This document shows positions 49,217 through 58,024 of a DNA stretch of 64,000 bases, piece after piece (position 1 is the first letter of the stretch; every line of letters starts with the position of its first letter). The DNA is from Anaerocolumna sp. (GTDB taxonomy: Bacteria; Bacillota; Clostridia; Lachnospirales; Lachnospiraceae). Position numbers and translations under genes: made by a program. The notes beneath the pieces are model-generated. The model did no database searches. It was not told the origin of the DNA and saw only the letters and a list, made by a program, of their open reading frames with translations. The stretch spans positions 2,482-66,481 of the forward strand of contig JARBTX010000002.1 in assembly GCA_029239975.1 (NCBI GenBank). Direction: 5' to 3'.

Positions 49217-50407
49217 ATGCAAGATATCGTTATTAGTAAACTTGATTTAACAAGAGAATTAAAGGATGAAGAAATATTAGAAGTCATTGATGATACCTTA
49301 CTGGCTAAAAGTCGGGAAAGTTTCATAAGTATGCAAGATAAAAGAAGACTTCGAAAAGAGATATTTAATTCCATAAGGAGATTAGATATTTTACAAGAAC
49401 TAGTAGAAGACCCTACCATTACAGAAATAATGATTAATGGTGCAGAGCATATATTTATTGAACAAAACGGTGCTATAAGACCATGGGACAAGCAGTTTGA
49501 TTCTGATAAAAAACTAGAAGATGTTGTACAACAAATTGTTTCTAAATCCAATCGTATTATCAATGAATCTAGTCCAATTGTAGACGCTAGGTTAGATGAT
49601 GGTTCCAGAGTAAATATCGTGTTACCGCCAGTAGCAATGGAAGGACCAGTGGTTACCATTCGTAAATTCCCAGAACCTATCACAATTAAGAAATTAATTG
49701 ATATTGGTTCCATAACGGACGAAGTAGCTAACTTTCTAGAAAAACTAGTGATAGCAGGTTATAACATCTTTATTAGTGGTGGTACTGGGTCTGGTAAAAC
49801 TACTTTCTTAAATGCACTATCTAATTTTATTCCCAAACATGAGCGAGTAATTACGATTGAAGATTCCGCAGAACTACAAATTAGAAATATTCCCAATCTA
49901 GTAAAGTTAGAAGTGAGAAATGCGAATGTGGAAGGTAAAAATGCAATTACCATAAGAGATTTAATAAAATCAAGCCTTCGAATGAGACCGGATCGTATTG
50001 TGGTTGGTGAGGTAAGAGATGCAGCAGCAATTGATATGTTACAAGCAATGAATAGCGGACATGATGGATCCTTGTCAACAGGGCATGCGAATTCCACCGT
50101 TGATATGTTAAACAGACTTGAGACATTAGTATTAATGGGAGCAGATATACCACTTATGGCAGTGAGAAAACAAATAGCATCTGCCATAGATATCATTGTT
50201 CATTTAGGAAGACTTCGAGATAAAAGTCGTAAAGTACTAGAAGTAGCAGAAGTACTAGATTGTGTAGACGGAGAAATTGAAGTGAATAAGCTATTTGTAT
50301 TCAAAGAATTAGGTGAAGATGATTGTGGAAAAGTAATTGGTGAACTGCAAAAAACCAATAATGAACTAATTAATTTAGCAAAATTAAGTAAAGCGGGGAT
50401 TCTGTGA
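49217..50407 (+). CDS. cpaF: CpaF/TadA pilus assembly ATPase
   Basis: SGGTGSGKTT, TIEDSAEL, LRMRPDRIVVGEVR, GHDGSLSTGHAN. Confidence 0.95.
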   Translation: MQDIVISKLDLTRELKDEEILEVIDDTLLAKSRESFISMQDKRRLRKEIFNSIRRLDILQELVEDPTITEIMINGAEHIFIEQNGAIRPWDKQFDSDKKLEDVVQQIVSKSNRIINESSPIVDARLDDGSRVNIVLPPVAMEGPVVTIRKFPEPITIKKLIDIGSITDEVANFLEKLVIAGYNIFISGGTGSGKTTFLNALSNFIPKHERVITIEDSAELQIRNIPNLVKLEVRNANVEGKNAITIRDLIKSSLRMRPDRIVVGEVRDAAAIDMLQAMNSGHDGSLSTGHANSTVDMLNRLETLVLMGADIPLMAVRKQIASAIDIIVHLGRLRDKSRKVLEVAEVLDCVDGEIEVNKLFVFKELGEDDCGKVIGELQKTNNELINLAKLSKAGIL

Positions 50408-51147
50408 TTGATGATTATAATACATATAAGTTAAATAAAAAAGAATGGATTCAGTATTTTGGTTCTGGTGCGCTGCTTGGTGCTTTTATAGGGTATGTAT
50501 TTTACTCTAGTTTGGTTGGAACGTTACTATTTATGTTGTATGGATTTGTATTTCTTAAAGATAAAAAGAAAGAATTAGTAAATTCACGAAAATGGCAATT
50601 AAATCTTGAATTTCGTGATGGACTAGATTGTGTTTCATCTGCATTAAATGCAGGTTATTCTGTAGAGAATGCATTTGCTCAGTCTGTAAAAGATTTAAAA
50701 TTAATGTACAACTCGGATGCACTTATTGTTACTGAATTTGAAGGTATTATCAATCAGATTCATATGAACCGAAATCTAGAAGAAATATTAAGAGATTTTG
50801 GTAACCGAAGCCAAGTGGAAGATATTATAAATTTTGCGGATGTATTTGCAACTGCAAAAAGAACCGGTGGAGATATTATAAAAATCATTCGTTCTACCTG
50901 TGGTACTATCGGAGATAAGATTGAAATCAAAAGAGAAATAGTTACTTTGATCACTGCAAAACGGTTTGAAAGTAATATTATGAGCCTAATACCACTTGGT
51001 ATTATTCTTTATTTAAAAGTAGGTTCACCAGAATTCTTAAGTCCAATTTATCATAATTTATTTGGTTACCTTTTTATGTCTGTTTTATTAATTTTTTATT
51101 ATTTTGCTTATCAGCTTAGTAAAAGAATCATGAATATTGAAGTATAG
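50404..51147 (+). CDS. tadB: TadB-like inner-membrane platform protein (T2SSF domain)
   Basis: SALNAGYSVENAF, AKRTGGDII; follows TadA. Confidence 0.85.
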   Translation: MIDDYNTYKLNKKEWIQYFGSGALLGAFIGYVFYSSLVGTLLFMLYGFVFLKDKKKELVNSRKWQLNLEFRDGLDCVSSALNAGYSVENAFAQSVKDLKLMYNSDALIVTEFEGIINQIHMNRNLEEILRDFGNRSQVEDIINFADVFATAKRTGGDIIKIIRSTCGTIGDKIEIKREIVTLITAKRFESNIMSLIPLGIILYLKVGSPEFLSPIYHNLFGYLFMSVLLIFYYFAYQLSKRIMNIEV

Positions 51148-51166
51148 TATGAAAAAGGAGTAACAA

Positions 51167-52645
51167 ATGATAAGTATCAACATAGTTGTTCTTGTTTTAT
51201 ATATCATATTGTGGATAAAAACAAAAAAATATCAATCAGATGTGGTTAATTCCTTAGATGAGAAGATATATAAACTAAAGAAGATATTTCCTACCAGCTT
51301 ATACCTATTAGATAAGTTTGATCAATTTGGTATGAATAAGAATAAAATTGCAAGCGAAAAACTGGATTCACCTATAAAAGCTATTTATGTTGGTGATAAT
51401 ATTCAATTCACTAAGAGATTATATAAAGCAAATAAAATTGCTATGGTTATATTTATTCTATTTCTATTTAATATCATCTCGTTTTTAAGTAATCTAACTG
51501 CTCTTAATAATAGACAATTATTAGACGGTAAGTACATACAAAAACCAGATTATAATGAAGGAACAAAGGAAATTCCGCTTAACTTTTATATATCGGATGA
51601 AGGTAAAACCGTATTAGAAGATGAGATTCTAATAGAAATTCCAGAAAAACGTTATAAGCAAGATGAATTAATGAAAGCATTTCAATATGCAAGAGATTAC
51701 ATAGATTCTAATCTTTTGCTTAGTAATGAATCATTTGATTTGGTGACTACAAACCTAAACTTTATTCATGAGATACCTGATTACGGTATTACAGTTGAAT
51801 GGTCTACGGATAACCCCAATATTCTTGATGAAAATGGTAATGTAAAAAACGTAAATCTTACTGATGGAGTATTAGTAAAAGTTACAGCTATTCTAAAATA
51901 TTATGATACCAAAGAAGAATACGAAAGATATGTGAAAGTATTACCTAGGATATATACCGCAGATGAACTTGCTAAGATTAATTTGGATAAATCAATTGAT
52001 ACTGCTATAGAAAGTTCAAAGATGGATGATAAAGTTACCCTTCCAGTAAAAATAGAGAACAAAAATGTAATGTGGGCTGAAAAAACGGATTCATCTGGTT
52101 TTACAATCCTTATACTAGGAGTACTATTAGCGATAGCTACGTATCTCTTAATGGACCGTGAATTATATGAAAGGGTAGAAAAAAGAAATAGAGAGATGCT
52201 ACTGGATTATCCAGAAATTATAAACAAATTTGCTCTATTAATAGGAGCAGGGATGTCCTTATCCAATGCCTGGGGAAAGATATGTAAAGATTATAAGGAG
52301 AATGGGAAACTAAAACGTTATGCATATGAAGAAATGGTATTAACTTATGGTGAATTAATGATTGGTACATCAGAAAATACAGCATACGAGAGATTTGGAA
52401 AACGTGTTAAATTAATTCCATATCTAAGATTTAGCTCATTAATAGCACAGAGTGTAAAAATGGGTTCATCAGGGATATTAAGTCAATTAGAAGTAGAAGT
52501 TTTAGAAGCGTTTGAAGAACGAAAAGAACTAGCAAAAAGAATGGGAGAGGAAGCAGGGACAAAGTTATTACTGCCAATGATGATGATGTTAATTATTGTA
52601 TTGTTAATTATACTTGTACCTGCATTTTTATCTTTTCAATTTTAA
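51167..52645 (+). CDS. tadC: TadC-like platform protein with an inserted beta-rich domain
   Basis: ALLIGAGMS, GEEAGTKLLLPMMMML; ~200-aa insertion (VEWSTDNPNILDENG). Confidence 0.82.
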   Translation: MISINIVVLVLYIILWIKTKKYQSDVVNSLDEKIYKLKKIFPTSLYLLDKFDQFGMNKNKIASEKLDSPIKAIYVGDNIQFTKRLYKANKIAMVIFILFLFNIISFLSNLTALNNRQLLDGKYIQKPDYNEGTKEIPLNFYISDEGKTVLEDEILIEIPEKRYKQDELMKAFQYARDYIDSNLLLSNESFDLVTTNLNFIHEIPDYGITVEWSTDNPNILDENGNVKNVNLTDGVLVKVTAILKYYDTKEEYERYVKVLPRIYTADELAKINLDKSIDTAIESSKMDDKVTLPVKIENKNVMWAEKTDSSGFTILILGVLLAIATYLLMDRELYERVEKRNREMLLDYPEIINKFALLIGAGMSLSNAWGKICKDYKENGKLKRYAYEEMVLTYGELMIGTSENTAYERFGKRVKLIPYLRFSSLIAQSVKMGSSGILSQLEVEVLEAFEERKELAKRMGEEAGTKLLLPMMMMLIIVLLIILVPAFLSFQF

Positions 52646-52688
52646 GATTAGGGTGTACATATTTCAATTAATAATAAGGAGAGAGTTT

Positions 52689-52883
52689 ATGAATGAGTTA
52701 AGAGAATTAATAAAAGATTTTATAAAAGAAGAGGATGGAATAGGGGTAGTTGAGATTATATTAATTTTAGTTATACTCATAGGGTTAGTGTTAATCTTTA
52801 AATCTCAGATTGAAACATTAGTAAATAATATTTTAGATAGTATTACTTCTAATTCAAAAAAAATCTATGATCCTAAAAATTAG
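52689..52883 (+). CDS. flp: Flp1-like type IV pilin
   Basis: DFIKEEDG|IGVVEIILILVILIGLVLIFK with Glu at +5; RBS aaggaga. Confidence 0.9.
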   Translation: MNELRELIKDFIKEEDGIGVVEIILILVILIGLVLIFKSQIETLVNNILDSITSNSKKIYDPKN

Positions 52884-53068
52884 TTTTTAATCAATGGAGA
52901 TTTATATTGTAGGAGTATATTTCAATCTATTAGTTAGTTCATAACAATCAATATAAGCTATTTTAATGATTACGAAAAATCATTTATTCACATTTGTATT
53001 GATTCATTGCTAGAATGAACCATTTAATACTATTCGATTATAAGAACTTGATATACATGGGAGATGAC

Positions 53069-55534
53069 ATGAATAAAGAGCATAAAGGATCTATAACAGT
53101 TTTTCTTAGTTTAATCTTTTTGTTAGTCTTAGCATTGGTTATGACTACAATAGAATCTGCAAGAGTGAATACAGCTAAAGTGTATGCTGAACGTTCATTA
53201 CTAACTGCGATGGATTCATTATTAGCAGAATATTATAGCCCTTTATATAAAGAGTATCATGTATTTGGTATTGATGGAGGCTTTGGGAGTAAGAATCTAA
53301 ATCAAGAGCTAATGAGTTCAAAGTTAAATGAATATATGGATTATACATTTCATCCAGGAAAAGATTTATATCTAATAAAGGGGATACCACTAGAGTACTT
53401 CAATTTATATGATATGAATGTAACTAAGGTGAATGTTTCTAAAGTAAATACGTTGATGGATTATAATGGAGAGTTATTTATAAATCAAGCCATTTCCTAT
53501 GAAAAATATAGAGCAGTCGGAGATGGGATTGAGGGCTTTTTAAAGCAACTAAACATAGTAAAAGATTCAGAAAAAGCACAAATAATTCTTACAGAAAAAC
53601 AAAAAATGGAAGAGAGTGTTTGTGTAATGGATGAATCTTTAATGGAGTTAATGGAACAAATAGATGGAATTACAATCAATGATGATGGTGTTAAAGTGAA
53701 TAAAGACGGAAAAATTGTTGTAAAAGATTACTTTGTGAAAAAAATATGTATCGTTCCATCCTTAAAAGAAAATCTAAATATTCATAATGATTTTGTATAT
53801 TCATCTTTAATTGGACATTATGTTAATCCACTACGTATTACTGAACTAGCACAAGCCAATATACGAGCCATTCAGGAAAATTCTAATTTAATAAATCAAG
53901 CGAAGCAAACGTTAGATTCACTTTACTCTATTGATTTAAGTAAGATAAAAGATGAGAAAGTCATAAATGACATTAGCAATGCAATTCATAATACGCAAAA
54001 AAGTTTGGATGAATATATAAAAAGAGAAGAGAGTTTAATTAACACACTAAAAGGGTATGTAGACTACTTAAACCAATTAGTAGATGGAACCTTATTATCT
54101 AATAAGAGTGCAAAAATAACAATAGATAAATTAATAGTAGAACAAAAACAAGTAACTGTAGATATCAAAAAATATGAGAACATATTAAAAGAACAGAAAG
54201 AAGAATTAAGCAAAGAGTTATACGAGAGTTTATTAGAAGACTTTAAGAATTTTGAAAAGTATATGGCAAATAACAATAATGAAGATACAACAATTACTGG
54301 CTATGATTTTTCTGGAATGAAAGAGACCTTAATTTATAATGAAACCATTTTAGAAGGACTTAAAAGAAAAGTAATTCCTTCCCATTACGTATCAACCGGT
54401 AATCTGAATGAAATAAATAGTGTACTACAATCAATGCAAACCGGATTTAATAGGTATAGTCATGATAAACTAGCATTCGACTATAGTTCATTTACCAAAC
54501 CCATTGAAAGTAATTCTTTTTTTGATAATTTTAAAACTTTAGTAGAAGATGGAATGATAGGCTTAGTTTTTGATGACAAAGAAATTATATCAAAAAACGA
54601 AATAAGTAATACCAATTTACCATCACTATCAAGTAATGTTACGGTTAATAAAGATCCACTTGATATTTCTAGTACACTTAAAAAATTAAGCTTAAAAGAC
54701 AATAAAAAATCTTTGTTGGATTCTTTTGATGGGCTAAAGGAGAATTTTGATTTTAAACAAGCAGCTATAGAAACTGGTAATAGCATAGGTGAAATTATCT
54801 TGTTTCAAGAGTACTTACTGGATCATTTTAATAAGTTTGATTTAAAAAAACAAGAGGAAACAATAAAAGCATTGAACTATGAGCTGGAATATATTCTTAT
54901 GGGAAAGACAAAAGATTATGATAATTTAAAAGCTGTTATCATGAGAATTGTGTTAATAAGAACTGTATTAAACTTAATTACATTATTGAGTGATACTAGA
55001 TGTAGTAATGAAGCACGTCTTATGGCAGCAGGATTTGTTGGTTTTACTGGATTTGCAGCATTAGTTAGTATAGTAAAAACTATTATATTAACCATTTGGG
55101 CATTTGAAGAAGCTTTGATAGATGTATCAGCTCTTTTACAAGGAAAATTAACACCATTACTTAAGAATGGTAGAGAACTTCATCTTCAATTAAGTGAATT
55201 GTTATTGGTTAATAAATCTTATATAAAAGAAAAAGTAGCTAAGTTAAAAACAAGTTCTTCAAGTATTACATTAAGCTATGGTGATTATTTAAAACTATTT
55301 TTATATATGGAAAGCAAAAAGAAAAAGAGTTTTCGGTCCATGGATTTAATACAAGAAAATCTACAAGTAAATTATGAAGATACCTTTTACATTAAGAACT
55401 GTATATATGGATTCAGAGCTAGTGTGGATATTGAAATGAATGCAAAATTTATTACACTTCCCATGCTAGATAACAATAAGAAATTTAGTGATACAGTTTA
55501 TCAGTACTCAGTAATAAATGAAAGTTCCTATTAG
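53069..55534 (+). CDS. Large TadG-like pseudopilin (DUF5702-like)
   Basis: KG|SITVFLSLIF class III signal, LAEYY..LYKEY, YELEYIL.G...D..NL, YGDYLKLFL; start moved to 53069. Confidence 0.78.
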   Translation: MNKEHKGSITVFLSLIFLLVLALVMTTIESARVNTAKVYAERSLLTAMDSLLAEYYSPLYKEYHVFGIDGGFGSKNLNQELMSSKLNEYMDYTFHPGKDLYLIKGIPLEYFNLYDMNVTKVNVSKVNTLMDYNGELFINQAISYEKYRAVGDGIEGFLKQLNIVKDSEKAQIILTEKQKMEESVCVMDESLMELMEQIDGITINDDGVKVNKDGKIVVKDYFVKKICIVPSLKENLNIHNDFVYSSLIGHYVNPLRITELAQANIRAIQENSNLINQAKQTLDSLYSIDLSKIKDEKVINDISNAIHNTQKSLDEYIKREESLINTLKGYVDYLNQLVDGTLLSNKSAKITIDKLIVEQKQVTVDIKKYENILKEQKEELSKELYESLLEDFKNFEKYMANNNNEDTTITGYDFSGMKETLIYNETILEGLKRKVIPSHYVSTGNLNEINSVLQSMQTGFNRYSHDKLAFDYSSFTKPIESNSFFDNFKTLVEDGMIGLVFDDKEIISKNEISNTNLPSLSSNVTVNKDPLDISSTLKKLSLKDNKKSLLDSFDGLKENFDFKQAAIETGNSIGEIILFQEYLLDHFNKFDLKKQEETIKALNYELEYILMGKTKDYDNLKAVIMRIVLIRTVLNLITLLSDTRCSNEARLMAAGFVGFTGFAALVSIVKTIILTIWAFEEALIDVSALLQGKLTPLLKNGRELHLQLSELLLVNKSYIKEKVAKLKTSSSSITLSYGDYLKLFLYMESKKKKSFRSMDLIQENLQVNYEDTFYIKNCIYGFRASVDIEMNAKFITLPMLDNNKKFSDTVYQYSVINESSY

Positions 55535-55710
55535 TCTTTTTATTCGTTTTATAATGATTAAAAAATATAATTATATTTATCTTTAAAGTAATATTAACTA
55601 TTAAAATTTTATACAACTATAAATATCTAATTTATCTCAATTAAATAATTATCTAAACAAATCTTTGCGATATAAGTAATTCTATATAAAAAATAAAATG
55701 TTATATAAAA

Positions 55711-55845
55711 ATAGAATGAATTAGGATATCCGCTCTTAATCTAAAACCCAAAAAATAAAAATAACAAATAATTTCTCTCTCCAAGAAAGCAGCTCATCCT
55801 TAAACTATATTTCTAGCTAAGAGCGGATATCCTAATTCATTCTAT
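55711..55845. repeat. Perfect 28-bp inverted repeat around a 79-bp spacer (MITE-like or invertible element)
   Basis: atagaatgaattaggatatccgctctta (55711-55738) / taagagcggatatcctaattcattctat (55818-55845). Confidence 0.9.
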
Positions 55846-55970
55846 AAAAAATAGTACATACCAAGAGGTATTTCATTGATTTATAAAATGATGAAATGTG
55901 ATTGTTTTAATGATTTGTGATTCGTACGTAAACATATAGGAAAGAGAATACAGAACAAGAATTAGTAGAA

Positions 55971-56975
55971 TTGTTTTTACTTGAAAGGCAGGTGAAAACC
56001 AGAACATTGAAACAGCATAAAAAGAACTTAAGTACGAAAGGAATACTTACCGTTGAAGCAGCTCTGGTTTTACCTATCTTTATTTATGCAATTGTAGCTT
56101 TTATTTACTTTTTTCAACTTATCTACCTTCAAGAAATTCTTCAAAATGCTATTACTGAGACAGGATTATATTCTGCTAAGTATGCTCATTTATATGATTA
56201 TTTTATTAATTATGGAAAAGATGTAAAAGAGAATAATAATGCAGAGGTTGATGGAAAAGATAGAAAAGATGGAAATAAAAATTTAAACCAAGTTCAAACC
56301 GAGAAAAATACAGATCTATTCACGAAAGATATAACACGTAATCTAGATGTGTTAATTGCTAAAAGTATTGATAGTACATTCTTTAAAGTTAAAATGCAAG
56401 AGTATCTGGATGTAGATATGATAAATAATTCATGCATAAAGAATGGGTTTACTGGTATTCATACATTTATGTCTTCATATATGGAAGAAGACAATATGGT
56501 TGATATTATTATAATGTATGATATTAAGCTTCCAATTTTATTTATCCATACTACAGATATACCCATAATACAACGAGTGCGACTAAGAGGGTGGAATGGA
56601 CATCAGGTAGCAAAGAAAGGGTCAGAAACCAGTGAATCTAGTGATGATGAGGACTATGTTTATATTACTGAAACTGGTACTGTGTATCATATTACAAAAG
56701 AATGTACCCATTTAAGGTTATCAATTAATGAAATTTCAATTGATCAGGTTGATGCAATGCGGAATGATTCTGGTGGAAAATATAAAGAATGTGAATTATG
56801 TGATAGCTTTGCAGATAAGACTAGTGGAAAAGTAGTATATATTACAGATACAGGAGAGAAGTATCATTATAGTTTAAATTGCAGCGGCCTAAAAAGAACA
56901 ATAATTACGATTTTAAAATCACAGGTAGGAGATAGAAAATTGTGTTCTAGATGTGGAAGTAAAATAAGAGAGTAA
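55971..56975 (+). CDS. TadE-like minor pilin with duplicated C-terminal His/Cys motif (start likely GTG 55992)
   Basis: KG|ILTVEAALVLP; VYITETGTVYH...C..L..C..C and VYITDTGEKYH...C..L..CSRC. Confidence 0.82.
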   Translation: MFLLERQVKTRTLKQHKKNLSTKGILTVEAALVLPIFIYAIVAFIYFFQLIYLQEILQNAITETGLYSAKYAHLYDYFINYGKDVKENNNAEVDGKDRKDGNKNLNQVQTEKNTDLFTKDITRNLDVLIAKSIDSTFFKVKMQEYLDVDMINNSCIKNGFTGIHTFMSSYMEEDNMVDIIIMYDIKLPILFIHTTDIPIIQRVRLRGWNGHQVAKKGSETSESSDDEDYVYITETGTVYHITKECTHLRLSINEISIDQVDAMRNDSGGKYKECELCDSFADKTSGKVVYITDTGEKYHYSLNCSGLKRTIITILKSQVGDRKLCSRCGSKIRE

Positions 56976-56989
56976 AGGATAAAATATTT

Positions 56990-57421
56990 ATGAATCATTA
57001 TAAAATAGTATTGGATATATTCATGATTCTATGGTTGTTTTTATGCAGCTTACAAGATATAAAGAAGAAACAAATTAGCTTAAAGTTAATATTAGTAGGC
57101 TTTGTTACTTTAATCATAGGGTCAAGTTTTATATATGACATTTCTATATGGAATCGGATAGCAGGATTAAGTCTAGGTTTCATTTTAATAATCTTAAACC
57201 CAATTACAAAGGGGCAAATAGGGATTGGTGATGGCTTAATTGTATGTTGCATAGGTTTATGTGTAGGTTTTTTAGGAAATGCAATGATTTTAATAACAAG
57301 TTTATTTATTTCCGCGGCAGTTTCATTATATTTACTGGTGGTAAAAAGAGTAAAACGCAACTATACGATCCCATTTATCCCATTTATATTAATAGGGTAT
57401 TTGGGGGTGATATTTATTTGA
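56990..57421 (+). CDS. Second prepilin peptidase (A24-like)
   Basis: SLQDIKKKQI, IGIGDG, IPFIPFI. Confidence 0.82.
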   Translation: MNHYKIVLDIFMILWLFLCSLQDIKKKQISLKLILVGFVTLIIGSSFIYDISIWNRIAGLSLGFILIILNPITKGQIGIGDGLIVCCIGLCVGFLGNAMILITSLFISAAVSLYLLVVKRVKRNYTIPFIPFILIGYLGVIFI

Positions 57422-57999
57422 ATAAATATTATGTAAAAGGTAGTTATACGGTAGAAGCAGCATTTGTACTGCCTTGCATTATATTTACTATAATTGCACT
57501 TATGTATTGTAGTTTTTATATGCATGATAAAAATAAATTACAATCAGTATTAGATGAAACATTAACAAAATCTAAAACACTGATACAAAATGAGACCAAT
57601 ATGGAAAATGGTGAGATGGATTATGAAACTTATCTTAGTAGTGGTATACTTTATTCACTTAATCCTAATTATAAAAACAAAGAAAACTTGATTGCAGATT
57701 ATATGAATAAAAGATTGAAAAGTGGTCTTTTTGTATCATCTGTAAAAGACATTTTCGTAAAGGTTCGTTTAAATAAGCTAGAAATCAATGTTACTGCATC
57801 TGTAAATATTCCTTTTCTTGAAGTGAAAAGGTACTTTACTAAAAGTGGATTTACAGTAAATCTTTACAATTCCACCATTATACAAAATCAAGCAGACTTT
57901 ATTCGAATATTTGATGTATTTACTGGAGTAACTGAAAAAGTAGATATCGTTGACCAAACATTAAAAAAGCTGCAACAAATTTTAGATTCCGTGAAATAA
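57418..57999 (+). CDS. TadE-like minor pilin
   Basis: KG|SYTVEAAFVLP; TTG start at 57418 with RBS gggggtga, overlapping the upstream stop. Confidence 0.8.
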   Translation: MNKYYVKGSYTVEAAFVLPCIIFTIIALMYCSFYMHDKNKLQSVLDETLTKSKTLIQNETNMENGEMDYETYLSSGILYSLNPNYKNKENLIADYMNKRLKSGLFVSSVKDIFVKVRLNKLEINVTASVNIPFLEVKRYFTKSGFTVNLYNSTIIQNQADFIRIFDVFTGVTEKVDIVDQTLKKLQQILDSVK

Positions 58000-58024
58000 A
58001 ATCTTAAACATGTAAATACCTGAG

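Noticed and set aside
49184-49219. Non-canonical ATT start for TadA at 49199 behind a G-rich RBS
   Set aside because: Plausible, but cannot be distinguished from the ATG at 49217 without orthologue alignment or proteomics
235-57360. Numerous antisense or overlapping ORFs in the track (e.g. 235-513, 14673-15062, 17040-17444, 45775-46176, 49147-49713, 49759-50196, 56998-57360)
   Set aside because: Shadows of well-supported genes on the opposite strand, with no recognisable motifs
57244-57417. Long N-terminal extensions in the ORF track (also 13434, 52614, 53015)
   Set aside because: Better RBS-supported starts lie downstream, next to the class III signal or the conserved domain start
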